DNA of 61,747 nucleotides, filler included, from Choristocarpus tenellus KU-1152 (Eukaryota > Protista > Phaeophyceae), in NCBI GenBank assembly GCA_964200185.2. It is 11 parts of 11 records of this genome, joined end to end, with 100 filler letters (N's around TTAATTAATTAA, not from the genome) between each part and the next. Parts side by side here need not be neighbours in the genome. Positions count along the whole stretch, not along the records: positions 1 to 4,570 come from CAXNAD020013972.1; positions 4,671 to 10,291 come from CAXNAD020010220.1; positions 10,392 to 14,675 come from CAXNAD020015296.1; 8 more parts are not named here. One strand, 5' to 3'. A model generated the notes under the pieces. It ran no database searches and had not been told where the DNA came from. It saw nothing but the letters and a program-made list of their open reading frames with translations. This document shows positions 1 through 11,328 of this stretch, piece after piece. The first letter of the stretch is position 1, and every line of letters begins with the position of its first letter. The position numbers and the translations under genes were made by a program.

Positions 1-1401
1 GTGTGGGGAGTGTATGTGGGCGGGTCGGAGGTTGTGGGGGGGGGGGAGGGGGGGGGGGGGGGAGGGGGGGGGGGGGGGCAAAAGAAATATATTTGGAGGT
101 AGGGAGTAAAGCTGCAGAAGTCTCTACGCTCATCTTGTGCGCCCTTACGCACCTAGTCTGCAGAAGGGGAGGAGGGGCCAACCATAGGGGCGATGAGCAA
201 GACTAGTATAGGGGAAAAAAAAAGGTTGAGCAAAGGCATGCACAGAAGAGCGCGACAGGAATGGGGAGTCGTTTCGGCAGTTTCTTACTGTTTAAGGAGT
301 GGAGTAGTTATTTAAATCGATTGAACCTTTTGAAAGTCGATTGTCGTTGCCAATCGCCATAGTGCCACTTGACAAACAAATCGCCATAGAGTATGAGGAC
401 TCAATCGTTCCACTCGGGGTGCTGAACTGCTCCCAAGAACCTTTGAAATAATCTTTGAAATGATTCTTTTGACACATAGTGTGTCGTCGTCCTTTGAAAC
501 CCTGCGTCTAAGAGCCAGGAGACATTTGAAGTGCCTTTCATTGAAATCTGCGCCTTGGTAGCACTGCGCTTTTGCCCCTTTAAAGATATCTCTCGTTAAA
601 ATCGGTTCTTGGGAGAAAGTTAGATGATGGGACTCTGGTCAGGTTCCCTTCATTAAGGCACCGAGACTATCAACTCACTCCATATATGGATCAGCTCTGG
701 ACCATATTCTATTGACAAAATGTCTCAGCAATCAGAGGAGCCCATGACAACTAAACCGAAATAGCGTTCACAATTCAAGCACTCTTGTACTTGTGCTTCC
801 AACAAGGGTATAAGGTACACCCGATACTACTTTGACATTCACCAACTGGTCTAGATATTTCTGCTCTTAGAATCAGACACTTTTAGAAAGCAACGGCCGA
901 AGCCACAGGACCTAACCCTAACCCTACATCTTTCGAGTGCATCCAAATTTCACGGGAGCGAGAGCAAGGCAAATCGATCGGGCACACCCCAGCTACAGGC
1001 TGGCCAACAGGCACCAACTTTAATCAACATTCTAGATGCACACACACACAGAGGTCTCCCCCAATAGGAAGGGCACGAAATACGTGCAAAAATACTTGAA
1101 AATATTTAAAAATACTTCCTCAGTTCAGGATCACTTAGCCCAACTGTAGCAACGGGCCAGTGCATACACCAACAGAGGGCTCTACTAACCCTAACCCGTA
1201 CAACACCGAAAATACAGGCACGCTAGTTTCCCATATTGTGGATAACATTCCAGTTCACTGGGCTAGGAAAACCTCCTCCTCCTCTTCAGCATAGTGTTAA
1301 TGATGACGCGCCCATCACAGAACTGCTCCGTCAATACTCGTAGTTTTGAAACACCACAAGCAGAAGGCTACCCTTGTAGGCGACAAGGTATTTTTAGAAT
1401 T

Positions 1402-1479
1402 GTACAACTAGAAAGTACAACTAGAAAGTACAACTAGAAAGTACAACTAGAAAGTACAACTAGAAAGTACAACTAGAAA
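1402..1479. repeat. Perfect 13-bp minisatellite (GTACAACTAGAAA) x6
   Basis: Six consecutive identical units read directly. Confidence 0.95.
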
Positions 1480-3297
1480 GGTCTAGCAAAATGAACACTG
1501 ATCAAGCTCAACTTCAGCCCAGAGGCTTAAAACTTGAATTCTACCAATGGGCCTGATGCTCTTAAAACTTACACAGCTGTCGAATAGTATGACACGTTTA
1601 CATCTTGGGCATCTACCTCTGCTAGCCTCCAATGAAAGGTTTTAGTGTATTTCTCGTCTTCTTGATATGAATACCCTTGAATGAGAGGTTTGCATTGTAG
1701 TGTATTGGTATATTCCCCTGCCTGGAGAAAGTCTTTGTGTTTCGCGTGGTGGTACTCTACGAAGGACCTTACCCTAAGACGCTGTTGCCAACAAATTATG
1801 GTAAATTTAGAGAAATGATGAACTCATGGAAGTGGAGCAGCGACACAAGAGTAGGGCATACGCTTCACTCTCCTAAAGTCAGCATTCCTCAATATATTGT
1901 ATAGGATAATTTTCAAGTGAGAGTCAACACCTGCCCATCCTGTACTGTAACACAAGCTTTCGAAAATGTAATAATTGGTCAGGTACTAGAAATACAAGGA
2001 CGCAAAGTTTTCACCTGTAGTGTCCGGATCAAGAACACGCTGGGGTCTTGCCTCAAGAGGGTCAGACACCACACGTCTGTAGAAGCCACCAAAAGTCACC
2101 ATATCCCTGGCTCGTCTTTCTTCCCAGTTCAAAACAGCCGCCGCCACCGACCAAGCCGGACCAGACAATCTATTTCGACGTTCAAAATATGTAAACATAC
2201 TATCAGAGAGATTTCTGTTTCAAGCGGTTCACAGCAATGGTGAAGGGGTTAGTCAATGCTCCAATGCCTTCCACATTGGTTGCCGCCTGACTTACCAGTG
2301 CCGAAAACCTATATAAATAGACCAAGAGGCTAAAGATTCTGTTTGGTCCAGGAATTTCAGGAAAATTTTCTATCTTGCGCATCCTTACTTCTTGTGGCAG
2401 TGAGGATGTTGCCTGAAACTTTGAACGCCGTACGATGTTGCATGTTTGTATGCACAAGATTTAGAAGCGAACATTGGACGGAAATTCTTACAACGGGGCA
2501 CACGAGGAGCTGTCACCCAAGCAGCTGTTTTCTCACGGTGCATATGCGTGATGAATGTGCTTGGCCTTAGACTCGGGTAGTAGACCTGGATTGGACGCCG
2601 TGGATGCCATACGCAAGCCTTGAGAGTGAATCCATGCGGCGCACAGCCTGAGGTAGTAAAAGTGGAATTCTGATCAGGGCACATCCATGAGAAAATGTTG
2701 CACAAGTCGAGAGACGTGGGCCTGTTGCATTTGAAGGTAGCAGGCATATGGAGAGTTTCTACTGTAAGAGAGAGAATGGGGGAAAGAGGGAGAGCGAGAG
2801 AGGGGGAGAGGGAGAAGCTTACTATGCATTGATAAGGATCTAGTGGGACACGAAAAGGAAAATTCCTAGCCATAATTTCACCCATGATGCCACCATATTT
2901 GGGACTTCCTACCCAGAAATGAGGTCTGTTGACCTGTCTACCTGTGGGTGCCTCTGAGCTGGGACACTTTCAAATGACATATTATCAGAGGTCCCTGCGA
3001 AAATCTTGACATTGCTATCATTCCAAAGGATCCTGCCATCATGAAGGCCATCCCTATCCCGGCCATCCCCCTCTACTAGTTTACAGTAGTAGACTCGACC
3101 TTCAAAGGGATGAGGCGAGGTTCTTCATTTCAAACTTCAGTACAGGTTCACAAACGACATCGTATGAAATCAGTATTTTACCAACAAATATTTGTCACAT
3201 ACACAAAATAATTAAAAAAACAAACAATATTGTGGATGGAAGCAACAATCCACTACTTTTCACTCCACTACCAAATTTAAGAAGGTACCTACCACCC

Positions 3298-3583
3298 ACT
3301 GTCTGGACCTATCCCACAATTATCTACATGTCCTACTCCATGTCCACTACGTTTTCATATCCATGTCTGGACCGATCCCAAAGTTATTTAACTATTCCCT
3401 GTCCATGTCCACTAGGTATTGAATCAGTCCATGCCCATGTCTGAACCAGTCCCACAGTTATTTAACATGTCCTGGTCCATGTCCACCGACTAGCCAGTCT
3501 AACTTTTTTTCCTTGCATGTCCAGTCCATGGTCGTCTATGAGTTCAATCATTTTTTTTTTACATGTCCAGACCATGTCTACTG
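3298..3583. repeat. Degenerate ~65-75 bp tandem repeat rich in ATGTCC/CCATGTC motifs, possibly a transposon subterminal array
   Basis: Three similar units TGTCTG(G/A)ACC..TCCCA.A.TTAT.TA...TCCATGTCCAC, followed by two shorter CATGTCCAG variants. Confidence 0.7.
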
Positions 3584-4437
3584 TTGAAACCTGATTTCGT
3601 ATGAGTTGTGTGTTGTTGTGGTGTGTCTGGTTTTGTGACAAAAGAGATCATAGCGCAACAAAACACTGATGAATTTGTTCTGGTAGGTCTGATGGCATGT
3701 TGTATCCAGTCAGTGTTCGATGTGAAGGTGTGCTTGGTTGTGCTGTGCTTAACATAGTTAGAGCCAAGTGTGTGTCATAGTGCAACAAGACACCCACAGG
3801 TTCGGTCTGGTGCATCTGAAGGGATATCTTACTCTATCAGACTTTGGTTGGAGTGAAATGTGTACTGGTAGGCCTGTGGCATGTTTTACTCATAGCAGAC
3901 TGTGATTGATAGAAACTGTGTGGTCATTCATTGAGGTTCTCAAATGAAAAAATTCATCCTCTGTGAAGAGGGTTGCCACCTTGGCAGAGAAGGGTTTCGA
4001 AGGATGGTTTAAACTCTGTTTTTATTGCATCCCAGCGTGTGTATTTATTCGTGCTGCAGAGTGATAGGATGTCTGTATGAGGAGGCAATGCCAGCCAAGT
4101 AAAAATAAGAATCAAAACATGCTATGCAACTGATAACTTGTGTGAAAAAGAAGGAGTAACACAGGAAGAATGAAGAAGCCAACCTTGGATCCATATATAA
4201 CGTAACTACTGTGACACATCTTGTTATGAGTGAGTTGTGACGATGAGCTAATCAGCTAATGGTGTAAATGGGAATAGCGACCATTGCAATGATGGGGAAA
4301 TCAACCTTTAGTATGGACTGATGATGCTTTATCGTATCAAAGCAAATTAAATGAGTAGATCTATGTTTTAACATCCACTATGTGTCATACAAGTGAATGT
4401 GAGATATAGACACACACCCCGATCACAAATCACCTCA

Positions 4438-4522
4438 GGTTCAAAGTATCTGGGGGGCGTCCTTTTTTCATCCTTTATTCGATTTTCACTTTTTTGGTGT
4501 GATTTGGTTGCACGTGTCGGAT
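4438..4522. mobile_element. MITE family B, partial copy, interrupted by a family A copy
   Basis: Starts GGTTCAAAGTATCTGGGGGG and shares the internal GTGATTTGGTTGCA.GTGTCGGAT with the full copy at 40228-40409. Confidence 0.8.
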
Positions 4523-4570
4523 GAGTCAAAGTATCTTACAGGGTAGAGCCGCGTCCATTGGGGGCCAAAA
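4523..4570. mobile_element. MITE family A terminus, truncated by contig end
   Basis: GAGTCAAAGTATCTTACAGGGTAGAGCCGCGTCCATT matches the family A terminal inverted repeat (TIR). Confidence 0.88.
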
Positions 4571-4670
4571 NNNNNNNNNNNNNNNNNNNNNNNNNNNNNN
4601 NNNNNNNNNNNNNNTTAATTAATTAANNNNNNNNNNNNNNNNNNNNNNNNNNNNNNNNNNNNNNNNNNNN
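4571..4670. other. Artificial contig-joining spacer (44N + TTAATTAATTAA + 44N). Identical spacers at 10292-10391, 14676-14775, 19089-19188, 28986-29085, 32003-32102, 36850-36949, 48511-48610, 51389-51488 and 58268-58367
   Basis: Ten identical 100-nt blocks. TTAATTAATTAA gives stop codons in all six frames, typical of a concatenation linker. Confidence 0.97.
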
Positions 4671-7600
4671 ATAGTATATTGATGGGGGAGGGGGGGGGGG
4701 GTTAGCACAGGTTGTCCATTTGAGGCTTGATAGGGAGTTGTAAGATACCCCAGTTTGATGCCCATTTTCCAAGTGATTTCCTTCAGATTTGGTTAAGGCA
4801 TGGGGATGGAAATGGAAGGTGCGTTCAGATGAAGGAAATTGCGGTTACATCTGACATGTTCACTAGTATGACATGGAAATCACTACAGGTTCACACAGGC
4901 CCCAAGTGGACACCTGACCCCCCCTCTAGGATACTATGTGTCAAGACACAGAGTACCTGTAAATGGTCAATGGTGGCCAAAGGGAGTAGATCCATCAAAG
5001 ACTGTGGGACAAGAGGTTGTCCTTGGGCTGCAGTGACCAGTTTGTCACCATACTTACACTCGAAGTTGGAACTAATGTGTACAAACAAGTCCTATCTCCT
5101 GAGAGCTCAAATTCTTCAGGGTATCCAATGCCATCACTGCAAACTCTTGTGGTATAATCAGTTGTAGTAGAGAGAGTATGTTATTTTTCTCCCGACAGCA
5201 TCTGCCAATTTTTGCAATAAATCGCTGAGCAACAGAAAAACTCCTTTTACGAAGGGAACATCTGGTGGACACTGCACAAAAAATAAAACGTCAAAAAACC
5301 GGGTTAGAAGGACTAGATTGCCTTTGGGGATACGCACGCTAGTGTTCACTTTTCTTGTCCAAGATTTCTGGAAAATAAAGAAGCTATATATATACATAGC
5401 TGTAACTGCATGAATTTATATATCCAGGAATAGGCCAAATGAACAACACAATCCAAAACCTAACCAGCAGGAAACTGTTTTGATCCTAAAGTTTGTTGTC
5501 TTCTTTCCATGTCCTCCTAGCACAGAAGCACCCTCGACACATTAAGACTATCAAGGACACTCAAGAGACAACCCCATCTTACTTCCACACTTTCATCAAA
5601 ACAAGTTGCAAGGAACATCTGAAGAGCAGGAATATTTGTAAAACCATATTATTACCAATTACATTTTTTACATTCAACATAGCGTAATACTTGAGAGAGG
5701 TAAAACAAATTCTAACACAAGGTAACTATCGAGTCCATCTGTGTCTTGACATCCAGTGTCAAGACAGTCTGCCAGTTTGATTCATTACATCCACTGTCTG
5801 AAGAATGCTCTGTCATGCGAACGGTGGTTCATGGTGTTAAAAATATAAAAATATATCAAGTACATGTATCAATACTTCACCTACACTAATAGTTGCAGCG
5901 ATAATTTGGTCGAGACCATCAGAACCTGGAGGCGCATCCCTTTGGAATGCCTGGATAATTATGAGCTAGGTATGCAGAACTTCTTCTAGCACAAAAACAT
6001 AATTACAGATATACAAAAGCAGGATATGCCCCACACAAGAAAGAGTCAGGCAGAACTACACTCATAAAATACGCAACATTGATTGAACCAAGCACTCTTT
6101 GACCCTCTATTTCATTACAAAGACCATTAGCAAATGTACACAATAACAAGAAAAACTATCAGGCAGGAGGGTACTACTGGTACTGACCTCCATGATTAGG
6201 TTGTCTATCCTTGACCTCAACCTCCGTAGGTAGGTACGGTCCCTTGGCTCACGTAAGGATGCCTTGAAGATTTCCACTGACATTTTGGACCAGGTATCGA
6301 AGGGGTTGCTAAGGCCATCACTGCAGTGGAAAAGCATTGGGAGGATGCAGAAATAATCATTTCCAAATAAGAATCAGGTGGATACACAACGATCAGGGGA
6401 ATATTCAGATGCTGTTGGGTTCAGCACATATTCGAGATGGCAAATATATATATATAAGTATATTGTCGCCTTGGGTCAACAACCATCATTCAACCAAGTA
6501 ATTAAAAAAAAATGGTTGGAAAAAAATAAAAAATGAAATAAAAAAAATAAAATCCCTGCAGAGAGACATGGAAAAAAAAAAAAAAAAGAAAAAAAAAGAA
6601 ATGACAGAAGCGAGGAATGTAGAAAAAGAGCAAAGAGGAAGAAAGNNNNNNNNNNAAAATAAAAAAAAAAAAAAAAAAAAAAAAAACCCTAAAAAAAAAA
6701 AAAAAAAAAAAAAAAAGTTGGACGACAAGGGAAATGATTGCGACGATCACTTTCTCACAATGACAAGACGTAACTAAGTAAAATTTTAGTTGGAAAAAAA
6801 TAAAATGAAAAAAATAAAATCCCTGCAGAGAGATATGGAAAAAAAGTTGGACAAGGGAAATGATTGCAACGATTGCTTTCACCATGACAAGATATTGCTA
6901 GCTCAGTCACCGATTGGATTGACACTTGAAAATTGGAGGAATTGAGATAATCATAGACACTTTAGACTAGATGCCCTCATCAACATAAACCCTGCAAAAT
7001 GAGGGCATCAAGTACAGAAGAAGTAAAAGGTATGTATGTTTGTTCATGCCTACCTACTCCTGTACTCGCAGTACAACAAGTCAGTGATATCATGCTATCT
7101 CTTGGGTAAAACTAGGTATCGGCGTGTAGACCAAACATTATACAGGCTATGTTGCTTTGATTCAAACCACTCTACACGAAAAAACAAAGCCAAGAGGAAA
7201 AGGGCAGTTCCATGTGGAACATGGATTATTGAAGGGGCGGAATGGCATCTTGGACCCTCAAAATACTGTTGGTAGGATTTCCTGCACAAGCAGATGCCAT
7301 TGGAATCTGATTTCACTGATTTTCCGAGTCTTTCGAGGATTGAACACTATATAGAGAGTATTTTTGGGGGTCTCAGAAGTCTTGGTGGTTGGCAACCAGG
7401 ATGACGTACAACACTTAATTTTTTAAAAAATGTAAGCATGTTCAATGTGCATTCGCTGTGCCTCTGAGTCATTGTAAAGGTTATCTAAGTAGATAAGATT
7501 CATAGTATTTAAGAGGTTACGAGTATTGCCCTCCTTTTCCGTTGGGGGTTTGGCACCACACAGGTTTTCATGCCCTATTTCAGTTTTCTGTGTTGAGCAC

Positions 7601-7628
7601 TAACCCTAACCCTAACCCTAACCCTAAC
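7601..7628. repeat. Interstitial telomere-type (CCCTAA)n tract. Shorter tracts near 911-925, 9230-9243, 30075-30090, 48657-48670 and 51857-51866
   Basis: TAACCCTAACCCTAACCCTAACCCTAAC read directly. Confidence 0.85.
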
Positions 7629-7629
7629 T

Positions 7630-7889
7630 GAGTGAAAGTATCTTAGGGTTAGGGTATGATTTTTTCCCTGTTTGTCCATTTGGGGCTTGACTTCCCATGG
7701 TTTTTTCATGACATTTTACCTACTCCGAAATATTTCTGAGTAGGTAAAATGTGTACGTAATGAAAAGGTGTGTATATTGACACTTACTTCCTAGCAAAAA
7801 CACAACAGTCAAAATTATATCAAAAATCGCAACATTGGATTTTGACCCCCCAAATGGACACGGCTCTACCCTCTAAGATACTTTAGCTC
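7630..7889. mobile_element. MITE family A, full copy (260 bp)
   Basis: TIRs GAGTGAAAGTATCTTAG... and ...TACCCTCTAAGATACTTTAGCTC; collinear with other copies; no ORF. Confidence 0.92.
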
Positions 7890-10236
7890 AACCCTAAAAC
7901 GTATACGACTATGACTATGACAGGCGTGTCCGGAGCAAGGAAATGAACGCTCGATAACAAAACACGATAATAGCGATAATAGCCAAAATCTCCATCATCA
8001 AAATCACAACGTTGGATTGATGACCCCGAAAAGGAGACACAGCCCTACCCTCTCAAGTACTTCGAATCTAAGCAGCATGACAACCACAAGCTCAGGCAAC
8101 AGTGCAGGGTTTCAGGTGGAGTATAAATTACTCTCCCCTCGTGCATACACCATTAACAATGCTCGAGGTCATAGTCTTAGCTCAAACCTCGTTATCATTC
8201 CAGGCAGAATGCTGATGACCTCTTCAGAGTTGTTCCCGATCAAGCTCAGCCTCTTCCTTATGCCTCCCCAGATCTGTGATTGGTTGACTACTTCTACTGA
8301 TCTACATCAATCGAGGCAGAGTACAGAGCACAGAACAAGTCAAAATATAGATGCAAAAAAAAAATAGTTCAGAACCACGTGGTCTAGTACCCATCTGCTG
8401 CTCTTGCCCTCTGTGAATCTCTTGCATACATATGAACACATATGAATAGATCATTTGAGTGCAACAACATTTGAGTGCAACATCAAGCGTAAGCTCTCGT
8501 CTGTGTCATGTGCAAGCACCTTCCTGCAAAAACGGCGACCCCAGAGTAGTATGGACTTGAAGCACATGCTTTGGGCAACCCAAGAGCTCCGAGGGTCCCG
8601 TGCGTCTGGTGGGAACAGCTTGGACTTCACTATCAAGGAAAGCTACTGGGGCAACTAAGAATTTAAAAAAAATGCCAAGAGCCGTCCATCTGCATCCCTG
8701 AAGCGATATTCACAGCCATTCACAGTACCTCCTGTCTTTGTTCCAATTTGCAGGAGAAGAAAAGCCCGATCTCTTTATGTCCACTTCAAATTCCCACGTC
8801 AGCTCTGTGTTGAAACCAACCTGTTAGAATTGAAACAGTAGGACATGGCATTAAATACTTGTAAATTTTGAAGATACTTGACAGTAACCGATTATGCAAT
8901 TGATATATATATATTTACGAGAAAAACCAAGGGGGAAGATCCCAACTTGAGGTTATTGAAAAAAATAAAAAGAGAAGTGTTATTTTGAACTACTCAAAGC
9001 ACAAGATTCGATACTCAGCAAGGCTTTCCTCCAACGTTTCCGAACTCGCTACCAACAAAATAGTGTCATCAACCACAACAGTTCGATAGGCTTCTCTATT
9101 CAATGAACTGGGATAACTAATGAACTAAATTGAAAAGTTCAATTTTTTGGGTAGGTTTTCTCAATATCACAAAACAAGCAAAAGCATGCCTGAACAACTC
9201 AGAGGTCGTAGGCCTACCCTACACAAACCTAGGGTTAGGGTTATTGTTTTTGGTTTATTTTATAGGGTTATTGGTCACAAGGTGTCAACAACATCAACCC
9301 AACACACATCCAAGACTTCAGATCTGCCAGAGATCGGTGGAGGATTTGGGTCTCAAGAGCATGAGGATCCATCTGCCAACCCACCAGACACATCTTCTTC
9401 AGCCCTCCTTAAAAGCAAGACGTATGAATGAGCAATATTTCATCTCAAATACCAAAGGAGAGGGCACCTAACGAGCAGAAAAAAGAGCAGAAAAGGGACT
9501 GAAGACATCTTTTTGTGCCTCTAGAGGGGCTCCATTCAAGTTGGGGAGTCTTTTGCTATACAACAGCGTACGCCATTTGACACACTGCACACATCTTGTG
9601 TTTTTCACCTCATGCACCAAACAGTAAAACCAAACAAATTTGAAATCCTTCTTGTTAATACAATTTACCATAAATTCTCTCAGTTCACAATGCCAAGAAC
9701 ATCTGTTCCGCCACCATGAATCGAGCACACGCACGAGTTGGGAATCATTCCCTCCTGATTTAGAGATTCAATTCACGTGTGAATAACTAGATATCCAAAG
9801 TATTGTACTTCTGGCATCCCCCCCTTTGACAGCTTGAATTGGCACACTGTCAGGATGCACGGCAATGCTATGGAAATATCCATTGCAACGTCTTCAGAGA
9901 CAAGACACTAACGGAAGATGACAAAAACAGCTCCCCACCAGCCTCTTTCTCCTGCAAATCAAAGCAAACTAGTCCCTTCCACGTTTGTGAAACTATACAA
10001 GCACTCACAGTGATTTTGGCCTGGGCTTCAGGCTGGTTAACCTTGATGGTAGTAGTTTCCACTTTGATTTCATCAAGTGTGCTTGAATTCTCCACAGAGC
10101 CATACAACTGTCTCGCCACCTGCACCACAGAGCACCACAGAGCCATACAAAGAGGAACAAAACATTGGGGAGGATGCACAGGCATTGTGGCAAGGTGTAG
10201 AAAAAAAATAATACTAGTATACTTGATTACATTTTG

Positions 10237-10291
10237 ACTCAAAGTATCTAGGGAGGGGGGGGGGGGGGGGGGGGGGTAACCACGGGTGTGG
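10237..10291. mobile_element. MITE family B terminus at contig end. Other partial B copies: ~17071-17135, 19189-19209, 31984-32002, 32103-32180, 36950-36990, 58368-58388
   Basis: GACTCAAAGTATCTAGGG followed by a G-run; matches the family B TIR. Confidence 0.75.
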
Positions 10292-10517
10292 NNNNNNNNN
10301 NNNNNNNNNNNNNNNNNNNNNNNNNNNNNNNNNNNTTAATTAATTAANNNNNNNNNNNNNNNNNNNNNNNNNNNNNNNNNNNNNNNNNNNNCTAAGGGGC
10401 CCCGTCTGTCCTTCAACCTTTGGCTCGGTCGACGTCGCTTCCGAATCGTAGCGGTGCCCTCCACAACAAGCGCCGAATTTTTTTCAACAGTAATACATCC
10501 CATTCAAAAAGGGGCCC

Positions 10518-10690
10518 GAGTAAAAGTATCTCAGAGGGTAGGGCTGCGTCCATTTGGGGACCAAAATCCAATGTTGCGATTTTGATGAAAATTTGGCCAT
10601 CGTTTTTGTTTCTAAGTGTCCATATCCTTGTTCCGGACACATCATTCATAACTTACACATTTTACCTACTCTGAAATGTTTTGACCCTAA
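10518..10690. mobile_element. MITE family A, partial copy
   Basis: GAGTAAAAGTATCTCAGAGGGTAGGGCTGCGTCCATTTGGGG followed by family A internal sequence. Confidence 0.88.
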
Positions 10691-10969
10691 AAAGGTTTTG
10701 TGACATTTACAAAAAAAAACATATGGGCACTTTCCGCGCACCATTTCGGTCAAACCCATCCTCCATCTTATTATTCATTTGCCATTATCATCTTCCCCAA
10801 TTTATTAATTTTTAAATATTTTACAATTAACAANNNNNNNNNNTTCCGCGCACCATTTCGGTCAAACCCATCCTCCATGAAATGATCCATCCGCCATTAT
10901 CATGATCCGCTGTTCTATCCTTTTACTACACGATATGGTGTTGGCAGTCGCCTCTAGGATCAGACCGCC

Positions 10970-11255
10970 CTTGATTAATTTGGAGGTATGTATGGTGCCC
11001 TGATCAAATGAAAGTTGAAATCAAATGGTGTCGATTGGGGCAAAGAAATCGGGTCGCAAATTACTTTGTGTTGAGTTAGTAAATGCCGAAAGGTTCGGTT
11101 GAATGACCAAAAAAATGAAAATCGCTGAAAATTCCTATCAAGATTTTTTTTGTGACCAGATTTCCTTGCACCAATCGACTGCCTATGATCTCAGCTTTAA
11201 TTTCATATCCTGATCACCAATCACGTCGCCTTACATCACCTCGAAATTAATCAAG
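10970..11255. repeat. Long imperfect inverted repeat (fold-back) just upstream of the transposase
   Basis: CTTGATTAATTTGGAGGT...GTCGATTGGGGCAAAGAAATCGGGTCGCAAA (10970-11060) pairs with TTTGTGACCAGATTTCCTTGCACCAATCGAC...ACCTCGAAATTAATCAAG (11149-11255). Confidence 0.8.
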
Positions 11256-11328
11256 ACCTGTTGATGCTATCATTAACCTTAGCACGCAGCTCACTACAAC
11301 GTGGAGTGTTCACGCAGAACTCGGCGCA

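Larger units (their letters stand above)
4950..10119 (-). pseudogene. Multi-exon gene relic of unknown family with in-frame stops
   Basis: AG/GT-bounded coding-like segments near 10119-9870 (VARQLYGSVENSSTLDEIK...), 8820-8729, 8655-8390 (KVLAHDTDESLRLMLHSNVVALK), 8300-8187, 6340-6189 and 5270-4960. The reading contains TGA/TAG stops and no recognisable motif. Confidence 0.35.

Noticed and set aside
1402-1479. Direct-repeat array as CRISPR or iterons
   Set aside because: Perfect head-to-tail 13-mers with no spacers.
4615-4626. Recurrent TTAATTAATTAA palindrome as a biological site (e.g. piggyBac target)
   Set aside because: Always centred in exactly 44+44 Ns, so it is an assembly linker.
6485-6895. 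Duplicated A-rich block and poly-Lys/poly-Phe ORFs
   Set aside because: The duplication straddles a 10-N gap with homopolymer noise, probably an assembly artefact. The same applies to the 10731-10880 duplication across a gap.
8390-8820. Stop-codon reassignment or selenocysteine readthrough
   Set aside because: The intact genes (GFAT, MBOAT, channel) have no in-frame stops; mixed TAG/TGA stops plus frameshifts indicate pseudogenisation.
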